Shown here: positions 1-7,972 of the stretch, piece after piece | Numbering within the stretch: the first letter of the stretch is position 1 | Layout: the number at the start of each line of letters is the position of its first letter | From: a virus | Lineage: Duplodnaviria > Caudoviricetes | IMG/VR virus record: IMGVR_UViG_2901150838_000002 | Span: 4,005 to 68,004 of that record | Strand: one strand, 5' to 3' | Length of the DNA: 64,000 nt | Made by a program: the position numbers and the translations under genes | The notes under the pieces: generated by a model | Seen by the model: the letters and a program-made list of their open reading frames with translations, nothing else | Databases searched by the model: none | What the model was told of the DNA's origin: nothing

Positions 1-899
1 ATTGGATTGCTAGGATACTCCTGATAAAACTCCTGCAAAGTCATATCAAGCAATTTATATCTGCGCCACATCAGGAAACGTAAATTAGCCCCTTTTTCAT
101 ACAGTATCTTCTCATCTGGTTCTAAATCCTTTTCTCTGAGCCGATTCCCTTTATTGTTTGCCTTAAACCATTCTTCCGCTTCGTCATGTTCTGCTCTAAA
201 CTGTTCCTTATACAAACTTGCATAAAACGGAACAAAGAACGCTTTATATTTAGAATCGCCTTTCCATGCACTCATAAACAATTTCTGATAAAAATTAAAG
301 CCGTTACTGGTTGTTTCAATGACCAATTTACCTGTTCCTTTTGCAAGGGCTTGTTCAGCACTCAACAATTGCTTCTCTTGGTTCTGATAGAAAGCAAACT
401 CAGACAGGTGAATCATAGAATATGTTGATCCACGCCCAACATCTTTATTTCCTGCTACAACACAAGTGATACGGCTACCATTTTCTAACAACAGTTCATT
501 TCGATTATCCCGTTTAGTAGCAGGAAATACCTTTGTCCCATATTTCTCTCTAAACTGGTCTAAATCCCGATTCATCATTTTCAACTTCTCAAACAATGCC
601 ATTGAAGAATCTTGTTTGTAAGAGACAATCAGGATATTGCTATTCTCAAAACGAATGGCTTGCCATAAAGCCCTACCAAGTGCATATGTACTGAATCCAC
701 CCTGTCGGCTCTTGGATATAATCATATAGCGATTCTTTTCCAATAAGTCATTAAACTCTTGCTGCTGTGGATTAAGCAGGAAATTAATCTTATCGCCATT
801 GTTGTCTACAATATATATAAAGTTCTTCGCAAACAGTTTAAAATCGTCCATTATCAACTGTAATTTTTCTTGTTTTGTCAATTGCTTTGTTTTAGCCAC
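1..899 (-). CDS. terL: Terminase large subunit, N-terminal ATPase part (runs off window start; not in ORF track)
   Basis: GTG at 899 after GAAAGGAG; manual translation gives KSRQGGFST (Walker A), IHLSEFAF (Walker B) and LVIETTSNG (motif C). Confidence 0.88.
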   Translation of the reverse strand, partial: MAKTKQLTKQEKLQLIMDDFKLFAKNFIYIVDNNGDKINFLLNPQQQEFNDLLEKNRYMIISKSRQGGFSTYALGRALWQAIRFENSNILIVSYKQDSSMALFEKLKMMNRDLDQFREKYGTKVFPATKRDNRNELLLENGSRITCVVAGNKDVGRGSTYSMIHLSEFAFYQNQEKQLLSAEQALAKGTGKLVIETTSNGFNFYQKLFMSAWKGDSKYKAFFVPFYASLYKEQFRAEHDEAEEWFKANNKGNRLREKDLEPDEKILYEKGANLRFLMWRRYKLLDMTLQEFYQEYPSNP

Positions 900-924
900 C
901 GTTTCAACTCCTTTCAAGCAAAAC

Positions 925-954
925 AAAAAAGGCAGCCGAAACATCGACCGCCTT
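925..954 (-). terminator. Intrinsic terminator between TerS-like gene and terL
   Basis: AAGGCGGTCGA-loop-TCGGCTGCCTT followed by a U-tract on the minus strand. Confidence 0.6.
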
Positions 955-994
955 CTACCGCCGGAATAAATCGCCGGTTTAAAATTGACCCATC

Positions 995-1384
995 TTACAA
1001 CTCCAAATCGTCATCCTCTTCCTCTTGTTCAACAATATTACCAAATGCCTTTAACGCTTGCTGTTTGTGCTGTTCAATCTCTTTTTGAAGAGTAAGCAAT
1101 AATTTAACTGATTTCTCATCACCTTTAACCGCCTTATCCCTTACGGCTTCGTACATGTCAATTAAATCCTGTGCGGTTTTTGTCGCCAATACCATGCTGG
1201 CTATATTTTTAAATTCGTCAGTACGCTCCCATTTATGGAAACTGTTCATCGTCTTTTTGTTTACGGTTTTCAAAAACTCTTCCTCGGTCATGGTCTTGTT
1301 TGTGTCATACCAAAGGTTAAACCGATACTTTATGTATTGTTGCTTCGGAAACGGTAACTTGGCAATTACATCATATATGTTCAT
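995..1384 (-). CDS. HTH protein, probable terminase small subunit (phBC6A51-like)
   Basis: Immediately upstream of terL; FHKWERTDEF helix and KAVKGDEKSVKLLL oligomerisation-like segment. Confidence 0.6.
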   Translation of the reverse strand: MNIYDVIAKLPFPKQQYIKYRFNLWYDTNKTMTEEEFLKTVNKKTMNSFHKWERTDEFKNIASMVLATKTAQDLIDMYEAVRDKAVKGDEKSVKLLLTLQKEIEQHKQQALKAFGNIVEQEEEDDDLEL

Positions 1385-1617
1385 TGTGTGTCACCACCTT
1401 GATACTTTTCCAGCATTCTTTCTAAAGCAGCTCTAACATCATAATTAGGATCGTATTCAATCCCGTATTTCTCCATTAATCGCGTTAATGTTGCATTTAC
1501 ATCAATATTGGGATCATATTTGATTCCGTACTTTTCAGCCATTGCTGTAAGTTTACGGTTCGTTTCCTTTAAGCTATCTAATATCTCGTCCAATTCCTTC
1601 AAGTGTTTATTATCCAT
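1381..1617 (-). CDS. Small hypothetical protein with tandem EKYGIxYDPNxDV repeat
   Basis: ATG at 1617 with GGAGG RBS; stop overlaps next start. Confidence 0.7.
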   Translation of the reverse strand: MDNKHLKELDEILDSLKETNRKLTAMAEKYGIKYDPNIDVNATLTRLMEKYGIEYDPNYDVRAALERMLEKYQGGDTQ

Positions 1618-1728
1618 AGAGAAAATCCTCCTGAGTTTTAGTTTTAAAATAGAAAAGGTGACTACCTTGATAAATAGCCACCATGAATAACTCAATTCCC
1701 AGTATTCCTATTGGATATTAAATATGTA

Positions 1729-1765
1729 TGTACGAAATCACTATTAATACATTATTTATTATTTT
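1729..1765 (+). repeat. 37-bp perfect inverted repeat, copy 1 (partner 7936-7972)
   Basis: TGTACGAAATCACTATTAATACATTATTTATTATTTT; exact reverse complement at 7936-7972. Confidence 0.9.
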
Positions 1766-1848
1766 AGCAATCTTTTTGGGGAGGATTTTTGCTTTCAGGG
1801 AATGAGCATACAATTAGTTGAACATGTCATAAATTCCAACTAATAATT

Positions 1849-3318
1849 TTAACCAACTAAACTTTCATATTGTCGTCTAGGTAATATCTTCTTCAATTCC
1901 TTATCAGTGAAATAGAATTTCAGACAATCAGAAAAATCATTTTGCTTATTTGGTATATAATTCTCAAAATCCAAACTTGGATTGTCATTACGTTCGGCAG
2001 AATTCTGCCACACGATGTTCATTCGATATAAATTTGGCAACTTTTTCTGTAATCCTTTTCCTTTTTGTTTCCTGTTACGTTCAACTACTTCAATGACTCC
2101 AAGTTCAATTAGTTTATTTACTTGTCGCTGTACCGCTTGGTCATACAATCCAGTAACCTTCTCAATATCCTTAAACGTCATATAAAAAACGCCTTGTGCA
2201 TTAGCAAAGCGTTTAGAGTGTATCAACATAGCGTATGCAATTAGTTTCTGATTCTTCTCTGGACAATGTTCGATTATCCATTTGATTTCAGTGTAGGTTA
2301 CAGTTAAATCTTTAACATTGGCTGTCAAATTGTAATTTTTCTCATACATATTTTTTACTGTGCGGTCAATTTCTTTGTAACACTCTTCCAGCTTGGTTGT
2401 ATATGTATCTGGATTCTGCAATTCCATCCATTTATACAATTCTACAATCGTTTGTTCCTGCTCAAGTCCCATGTACTTAAAATACAATCCGACTAGGAAT
2501 ATTGAATTGTTACGGCTTCCTTGTATCTGTAATCCATTGTGTAACAAGTTAATTGCCCGATCAATCGAATAATCTTCATTTGGTTCATAACTTGGTAATG
2601 GTTTATGTTGTGCAAGTGCATCCTCTGTCTGGATTATGGTTTTCTTCTTGATTTTTTCGCCACTTTCACCAATGATATCAATGATTGTTTCAGATTTCAT
2701 TTTTTCAATGGATAATAGGTATTCTTGGCTTTCTTGTGCATCCATTACCCTTAAACCATCTTCAATCAAACAGAATCCGCAAAAGTTACCTGTTCTTTGG
2801 TGTATGCCAAGCGGTATTTTAACGCCTAATTTATCCGTTACCCGAAATTCTACTTTATTTGCTTCGTCAAAGTATTGTTCTATATCTGATTGAGATATGG
2901 CGTATTGGAAAAACTTCTCGGCGTAATCGACTCGGATTAAATCCTCAAAGAATAAATCAATATGATAACCCTTGTTACCGCTGTAACTTATGTAATAGTG
3001 ATTGATTCCTAATCCATTTAGTGTATTGGCGACATTGTATGTAATCCATTTTGCCATTTGTTTATCTTGAAAATCTACATCAAACGTCATAAACTTACTG
3101 AAAAACTTTGCAAAAGTTCCAATTGTATATTCACCTTCAAGATGTTTTTCAAATTGCCAATCTTGAAGCGGTTTTACCTTTTTACCTTTACTGTTAATGT
3201 GTCCTGCTGTATATTGCCGATATCCAATTGGCTCTTTATATTGGATTAGATAATGCTTCCGTTGAATAAAATATAAGTCATTCAGTTTGTTAATGATTAT
3301 TTTTTGGTCAATTGTCAA
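1849..3318 (-). CDS. Archaeo-eukaryotic primase (AEP/TOTE-like) replication protein with C-terminal wHTH
   Basis: FDVD acidic motif, SYSGNKGYH motif II, VKIPLG motif III, GSRNN PriCT-like segment, HTH ending PNLYRM. Confidence 0.8.
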   Translation of the reverse strand: MTIDQKIIINKLNDLYFIQRKHYLIQYKEPIGYRQYTAGHINSKGKKVKPLQDWQFEKHLEGEYTIGTFAKFFSKFMTFDVDFQDKQMAKWITYNVANTLNGLGINHYYISYSGNKGYHIDLFFEDLIRVDYAEKFFQYAISQSDIEQYFDEANKVEFRVTDKLGVKIPLGIHQRTGNFCGFCLIEDGLRVMDAQESQEYLLSIEKMKSETIIDIIGESGEKIKKKTIIQTEDALAQHKPLPSYEPNEDYSIDRAINLLHNGLQIQGSRNNSIFLVGLYFKYMGLEQEQTIVELYKWMELQNPDTYTTKLEECYKEIDRTVKNMYEKNYNLTANVKDLTVTYTEIKWIIEHCPEKNQKLIAYAMLIHSKRFANAQGVFYMTFKDIEKVTGLYDQAVQRQVNKLIELGVIEVVERNRKQKGKGLQKKLPNLYRMNIVWQNSAERNDNPSLDFENYIPNKQNDFSDCLKFYFTDKELKKILPRRQYESLVG

Positions 3319-3363
3319 TGTCTCATCTCCCTTGGTCTTAAAAGAAAAAGCGCAGTCATTTGA

Positions 3364-3561
3364 CTACGCTTGTGCTTGTTTCTCTCGTTCTCGCATCTGT
3401 TTATAATCATTCAATGCCTGTGACAGTTCTTCGCTCTGTTCAAAGAGCCAAAATCGGCTTCCATTCTTGGGCTGTACGGCTTCCGTAATAAATGGAATCC
3501 CTTTAATATGTTTCAAATAACTCGCAACTGATCCGTTGTAGCAGAAAAAATATCCTTTCAT
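3364..3561 (-). CDS. Small DUF5659-like hypothetical protein
   Basis: 65 aa, FFCYN...FWLFEQSEEL pattern, RBS AAGGAGG. Confidence 0.6.
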   Translation of the reverse strand: MKGYFFCYNGSVASYLKHIKGIPFITEAVQPKNGSRFWLFEQSEELSQALNDYKQMREREKQAQA

Positions 3562-3617
3562 AATATCCTCCTTGATTATAAAGGTGAGTTTCTTTATCGA
3601 AACCCACCTTTTTTTGA

Positions 3618-4430
3618 TTAGTTCATTTTTTCCGTATATGAAACATGATTCTGAAAGGTTAACGCAAACGAAAACATTTTGTTCATATCGAATGACTTTC
3701 TTCCGTCTATGTCCTCGCCTTTACGCTTGTATCTTCTGACCAGTTGGAATGGCTCATTGGGTAAAGCGATCTGAAAATCAAAAAAACCTTGCAACTTTGC
3801 AAGGTTAATGTCTGTCGTCAATATTCCATTGTCGTCTATCTTTATTTTGCCGTATAGGTTGTATTCATCGACAATCTGATACATCTCTTTAATTGAATGT
3901 CGGTTAAGTACGTCTATAAGTTCCTCAAAACCAAGTTCTTTGAGATAGCTATTATGTATTGGATTAAATCGGGAATTATAATGACCTTTAAAAGCGATAT
4001 CCACGGCAAGCAATATTTGCTTCCCACGCTCTGATTGTGGGAGTGGTATATCGTAGTATGACCAGATTTGTAACAAAGTTGAACCGGCATATTTGTTGCC
4101 GTAATGCCCTCTATGGTTCTTTTTGATGTTGTTGATGTTGGCCGATTGTGGATTAAAGTAATCATTGGCATGTAGCATGGTTACATGATTGTCCCATGTT
4201 TTATGATGCACTAATGCCATGTCTACGCCAATTGGCTCCTTCTTGCTTGTAAGATCAAGGCCAAACATATTGCTGAAGTCGTAAAACCATTTGATGGTGT
4301 ATCCTTTTATGTGCTTGAGTAATGAGCAACTTATCAAACTGTCGGCATCGTCACCTAAAACGGTATCAAATTTTCCAAAATCATTATCTGAACACCATGC
4401 TGGATACTTTTGTTTTAATTCCTGATTCAT
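3618..4430 (-). CDS. Hypothetical protein, DHH-phosphoesterase-like
   Basis: 270-aa ORF; GDDADS, GVD and WDNH metal-ligand-like motifs. Confidence 0.55.
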   Translation of the reverse strand: MNQELKQKYPAWCSDNDFGKFDTVLGDDADSLISCSLLKHIKGYTIKWFYDFSNMFGLDLTSKKEPIGVDMALVHHKTWDNHVTMLHANDYFNPQSANINNIKKNHRGHYGNKYAGSTLLQIWSYYDIPLPQSERGKQILLAVDIAFKGHYNSRFNPIHNSYLKELGFEELIDVLNRHSIKEMYQIVDEYNLYGKIKIDDNGILTTDINLAKLQGFFDFQIALPNEPFQLVRRYKRKGEDIDGRKSFDMNKMFSFALTFQNHVSYTEKMN

Positions 4431-4431
4431 T

Positions 4432-4579
4432 AGCGACTGCGAAAGATACGCAACCGCTCAAAGTACCTAACTTAATTTCCTCCCTAAATTACCTTGACTG
4501 TATCATTTTCTCTCTCTACCGATACAGGCCAGGTACAGGGAGGGTTACGTTTTAATTTCTTTCAACAGTTTTCACCTCC
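4432..4579 (-). promoter_or_regulatory. Structured leader: SD + 6-codon uORF (MKEIKT) + two hairpins before the DHH-like gene
   Basis: GGAGGTG-TTG AAA GAA ATT AAA ACG TAA (4565-4545); long hairpin 4479-4543; 10-bp hairpin 4432-4458 abutting the ATG. Confidence 0.55.
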
Positions 4580-4597
4580 ATAAATTTGATCGAAAGT

Positions 4598-4631
4598 AAA
4601 AGAGGATAGAGCAATTAGCCCCATCCTCGGT
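4598..4631 (-). terminator. Intrinsic terminator after capsid gene
   Basis: GAGGATGGGGC-loop-GCTCTATCCTC-TTTT. Confidence 0.7.
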
Positions 4632-4642
4632 TATGTATGAAA

Positions 4643-5536
4643 TTATGCTTTAAGAGTGTAAACTGCTACGGCTTTCTTAGAAGCGACTTTTAGTGTACCT
4701 TCTGCCACAACATGACCGCGAACACTATCGCCAATTGCTGCGAGTGGAGCAAATTGTGCTTCACGCAGAAATGCAAGAGAAAGGTAATTTGGATCGAATA
4801 CGGTCAACTTGTCAGCAGAAGCATGGCGAGAGAGAATCAGATTAAGATTACCGTAGTTTGTGCGGATTGTATCAACAACCAGACCGAATACATTTTGTTG
4901 GGCAATGTAAGAATAAGAATCTTTATACAGTGCGTCAATTTGCTCTTTCATATCAGCATTTACCAATCCAAAATATTCACCAGTTGGTAGACCTTGATCC
5001 CACAATTTCTTCACAGTGGCTTTTACTTCGGCTTCCGTAATCTTTCCGATAGTAGCACCTGTAATCAGGTTAGCAGGATCAGCCCATCCTTCAAGCCCTT
5101 GCATTTTACGGATGAATGGAGTTGCAGAGCCATCATTTTTTACACCTTTTGTAACGGCTTTTTCCATGTTCACTTTTAATTCGATTAGACGGTCAGCCAC
5201 TTCACTAGAAAAGATATTCCCTTGACCATTTACACTAATAGCGTTTGCAGTACCAGATACGCTAACACCCTTTTGAAAGATTTCCAATACGTTAGATAAT
5301 TCTGCCCGACCTGATTGATAGAAGGTTACACTTTCGTTGCCCTCTGGTACGCTAATGTCGGCTGTTTGATCAAGTGAACGTTCTCTCCAAGTGTGAACAG
5401 TTGAATTTGTCTTTTCAGTTAAACCTTTGGACATAAGCAAGGAAACAAGTGGTGTATCCTGTACACCAATTTTCGTAATTTCCTTTGCCAAAGAAATAGA
5501 TTCACTTGCAGTTAGATTGTTAGATTTAAACATCAA
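4643..5536 (-). CDS. Major capsid protein (DUF5309 / SU10-type)
   Basis: DTPLVSLL, HTWRERSL, NVLEIFQKGVSVSGTA and GHVVAEGTLKV motifs; follows scaffold gene. Confidence 0.85.
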   Translation of the reverse strand: MMFKSNNLTASESISLAKEITKIGVQDTPLVSLLMSKGLTEKTNSTVHTWRERSLDQTADISVPEGNESVTFYQSGRAELSNVLEIFQKGVSVSGTANAISVNGQGNIFSSEVADRLIELKVNMEKAVTKGVKNDGSATPFIRKMQGLEGWADPANLITGATIGKITEAEVKATVKKLWDQGLPTGEYFGLVNADMKEQIDALYKDSYSYIAQQNVFGLVVDTIRTNYGNLNLILSRHASADKLTVFDPNYLSLAFLREAQFAPLAAIGDSVRGHVVAEGTLKVASKKAVAVYTLKA

Positions 5537-5592
5537 AAATCATCTCCTTAAAATATTTTTAATAAAATGAAAAGTAGCCATACATTAGTTGA

Positions 5593-6012
5593 CTACTTGA
5601 ACAAACTCGCCAATTTGGATTCGATCATTCCAACGACATTTCCACTCTTTTCATATTGAGAGTATTTGTCGGTTGATTTATGGTCATTTGGCTTGTATGA
5701 GTTATCAATCTTCATACCGTTAATTATTTCTTTTAGCTTCTTAACCTTCGCAGTAAGTTCATCAGTATCTTTGACTTGAAAGAAATCGGCAAATGCTTCA
5801 AGGCCTTCTGACTTAAGCGTTAATTGAATTTCCTTTTGCCACAACTCGGCTTGTTTTTGTTCTAATGCCTTTTCAGCATCAGATTTCTCGGCTGGCTTAT
5901 ACTTTGCCAATTCAGTTTGAATCGGATTCAATACTTCTGACTCCCATTTGGATTTTTCTTGTTGTAGTAATTCATTTACTTGCTCTTGTGTAAAAGTTTG
6001 ATTCTCTTCCAT
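5593..6012 (-). CDS. Capsid scaffolding protein
   Basis: TFTQEQV N-terminus, coiled coil, YKP..H C-terminus; directly before capsid gene. Confidence 0.75.
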   Translation of the reverse strand: MEENQTFTQEQVNELLQQEKSKWESEVLNPIQTELAKYKPAEKSDAEKALEQKQAELWQKEIQLTLKSEGLEAFADFFQVKDTDELTAKVKKLKEIINGMKIDNSYKPNDHKSTDKYSQYEKSGNVVGMIESKLASLFK

Positions 6013-6025
6013 TCAAATAACCTCC

Positions 6026-6250
6026 TTATGTTTTCGTTAAAGCAGAAACTTGTTTCTCCAATCGTTCAATCGCCTGAACAATTCTGTCCTGTGCCTGATT
6101 CTGCTTGTCAATTTGCTCAAGCAATCTTGATTCTCTATCCTTGGACTCTCTACGTGTATCAATAAAGAGCCAGACGAACAGGACTGCAAAGATACCTTGT
6201 GAGACAATCATTTCAATAGGTAGACCGCCTACATCCATTTGATCAATCAC
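6026..6250 (-). CDS. BhlA/UviB-family holin-like peptide
   Basis: SQGIFAVLFVWL transmembrane segment then RESKDRESRL coiled coil. Confidence 0.85.
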   Translation of the reverse strand: MIDQMDVGGLPIEMIVSQGIFAVLFVWLFIDTRRESKDRESRLLEQIDKQNQAQDRIVQAIERLEKQVSALTKT

Positions 6251-6277
6251 CTCCTTTTAATGTTAAAAAATTTTAAT

Positions 6278-6312
6278 AAAAAAAGAAAAAGATCGGGGAT
6301 GACCTTTCTCTT
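6278..6312 (-). terminator. Intrinsic terminator between the module array and the holin gene
   Basis: AGAAAGGTC-ATCCCC-GATCTTTTT followed by a long U-tract. Confidence 0.6.
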
Positions 6313-6536
6313 CTTAAAAGGGGAGAGTATTAGATATATTGAAAACTGAAATTGGAAGGGAGTAGCCCTTCATTCATCGTCTACACTTGGTAGGCAATCA
6401 ATGAAATTTACTCCATAGATATTACCTATTCTGATAAATACCAAGTTTTTCGCTACTATTCTTCCCATAATAGAAAAATCAAGGCAAATCGCTGAAACCC
6501 ATGTGGCTGTAGGAGAGAAGGCACTACTAAAAACTT

Positions 6537-6638
6537 CTAGCGTCTATATTTTTGCTTATTTTCATGCCATACGCGTCTTTTTATTTCTTTTTCGTTTTTC
6601 TTCCAGCATTCACGGCACATCTTATGGTTTTTTCCAGT
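6537..6638 (-). pseudogene. 3' gene fragment, Zn-finger C-terminus TGKNHKMCRECWKKNEKEIKRRVWHENKQKYRR*
   Basis: Manual translation; no start or RBS; paralogous to 7314-7448. Confidence 0.7.
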
Positions 6639-6907
6639 ATTACCTATTCTGATAAATAAACTTCTATTGGTGGTTATTTTTTCCCTTATAGACGATTAAC
6701 TCAGTAGCAAAAAGTCCAGTAATATCAAGGCATTAAAAAAATAAGGTATGTTCGTTTTCGCTAGTTCCCTTATAGGCGATTATCTATAATAAATATGACA
6801 TGTTGTAAACGTTGATATATCAACATTCTTTGTAAATCACTTAAAATCACATATGTTTATTTTCGTTCAACTTTTTATTTTCTCTAAATGGTATAATTAA
6901 ACGGTAT

Positions 6908-7054
6908 ACAATATTAGTATTCATAATTAGTTGCCCATATTTTTTGACAAGATTTAACGACAATATTTTTTGACATACAATATTAGTATTCATAATTAGT
7001 GGTTATATTTTATGGTACTATTTTGTGGTACACAATATTAGTATTCATAATTAG
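6908..7054. repeat. Three identical 23-bp direct repeats ACAATATTAGTATTCATAATTAG with variable spacers
   Basis: Copies at 6908-6930, 6977-6999 and 7032-7054. Confidence 0.9.
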
Positions 7055-7313
7055 CAAGAATTTTTTTACCAGTATTACCTATACTGATAAATACCATTCT
7101 AATTGGTAAAGTTTTCACCTCTTCCCTTAAAGACAATTATCTACAATTTGAAATAAGTGCTACAAATGTTGATATATCAATGATTGTTGAAAAATACCGT
7201 GTTTTCAGTATGTTCGTTCGGTCGTTATTTTTCTTTTATATCCATAATAGAAAAATCAATATGGAACGCTGAAACCCTTGGGGCTGTAGGGGAGAAGGCG
7301 GTTTTAAAAATGA

Positions 7314-7448
7314 TTAGAATTGTTTTTTTTGCTTGTCATACCAGCGCTTGAAATTTTCTCTATTTTGTTCTTTTCTATGTTCCTTCCAACACTCACGACA
7401 CATTTTATGATTCTTGCCAGTGGGCTTTATTCTTTTAGAGCAAACTTT
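7314..7448 (-). pseudogene. 3' gene fragment, Zn-finger C-terminus KVCSKRIKPTGKNHKMCRECWKEHRKEQNRENFKRWYDKQKKQF*
   Basis: Manual translation; no start or RBS. Confidence 0.7.
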
Positions 7449-7575
7449 GAATATTGTTTCTATGCTTCCCTTAGAGACCATCCTGTTTTAAATGGTCTTT
7501 TGCACAAGTGTTGATTTATCAACGTTTTTCAGGTATGTTGTATTTTTATTTATTAAACTAGTTGCTCGAAAATCC

Positions 7576-7932
7576 TTATGTATCAATGGTTTTCAAGATT
7601 TTTTCTATTTTCCTAAGATGATAATAATATTTATTTTGCTCGTTTTTAATTTTCTTAGCACAAACATTGCAATACTTATTTTTGTTATTTTTTAATCTTA
7701 TTCTATCACCGCAACCATCACACTGTATATTCTTTTCACCATATTTTCTTTGAAGATTTCTCTTTAGATTCTCAACTAGAATATCACCAAAACTTGACCA
7801 TAATGTTGTTTTGTAATTGCTTTTTTTATAGTTATATAAATATTTAACTAGCACATCAACTAATTTATAAATATCAGGTTCGATATTTATGTGTTGGAAG
7901 TAATGATACCTGTTGTACCCCATTTCGTACAA
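7576..7932 (-). pseudogene. C-terminal fragment of a YonO-like phage single-subunit RNA polymerase
   Basis: DVLVKYLY..KKSNYKTTLWSSFGDILVENLKRNL plus CxxC..KYCxxC matches my recollection of the SPbeta YonO C-terminus; no RBS upstream. Confidence 0.7.
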
Positions 7933-7935
7933 ACA

Positions 7936-7972
7936 AAAATAATAAATAATGTATTAATAGTGATTTCGTACA
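7936..7972 (-). repeat. 37-bp perfect inverted repeat, copy 2 (partner 1729-1765)
   Basis: Exact reverse complement of 1729-1765. Confidence 0.9.

Larger units (their letters stand above)
6420..7093. repeat. Three 21-bp direct repeats TATTACCTAT(T/A)CTGATAAATA
   Basis: Copies at 6420-6440, 6638-6658 and 7073-7093 (one mismatch). Confidence 0.9.
6462..7932 (-). promoter_or_regulatory. Array of six divergent modules (putative captured helper-phage late-promoter regions)
   Basis: TTCCC(T/A)TA-type motif at 6462, 6681, 6765, 7122, ~7240 and 7466, each with a palindrome ~35 or ~45 bp away; three modules carry Zn-finger gene ends. Confidence 0.6.

Noticed and set aside
4430-4565. Translational bypass (gene-60-like hop) from the uORF into the DHH-like gene
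   Set aside because: No matching ACG landing codon, and an in-frame TGA lies shortly upstream of the ATG
6908-7054. CRISPR array
   Set aside because: Only three 23-bp non-palindromic repeats, spacers of unequal length (46 and 32 bp) that are internally repetitive, and no cas genes
7320-7695. Plus-strand ORFs 7320..7514 and 7492..7695
   Set aside because: Phe/Leu-rich shadows of the A-rich minus-strand fragments; no RBS
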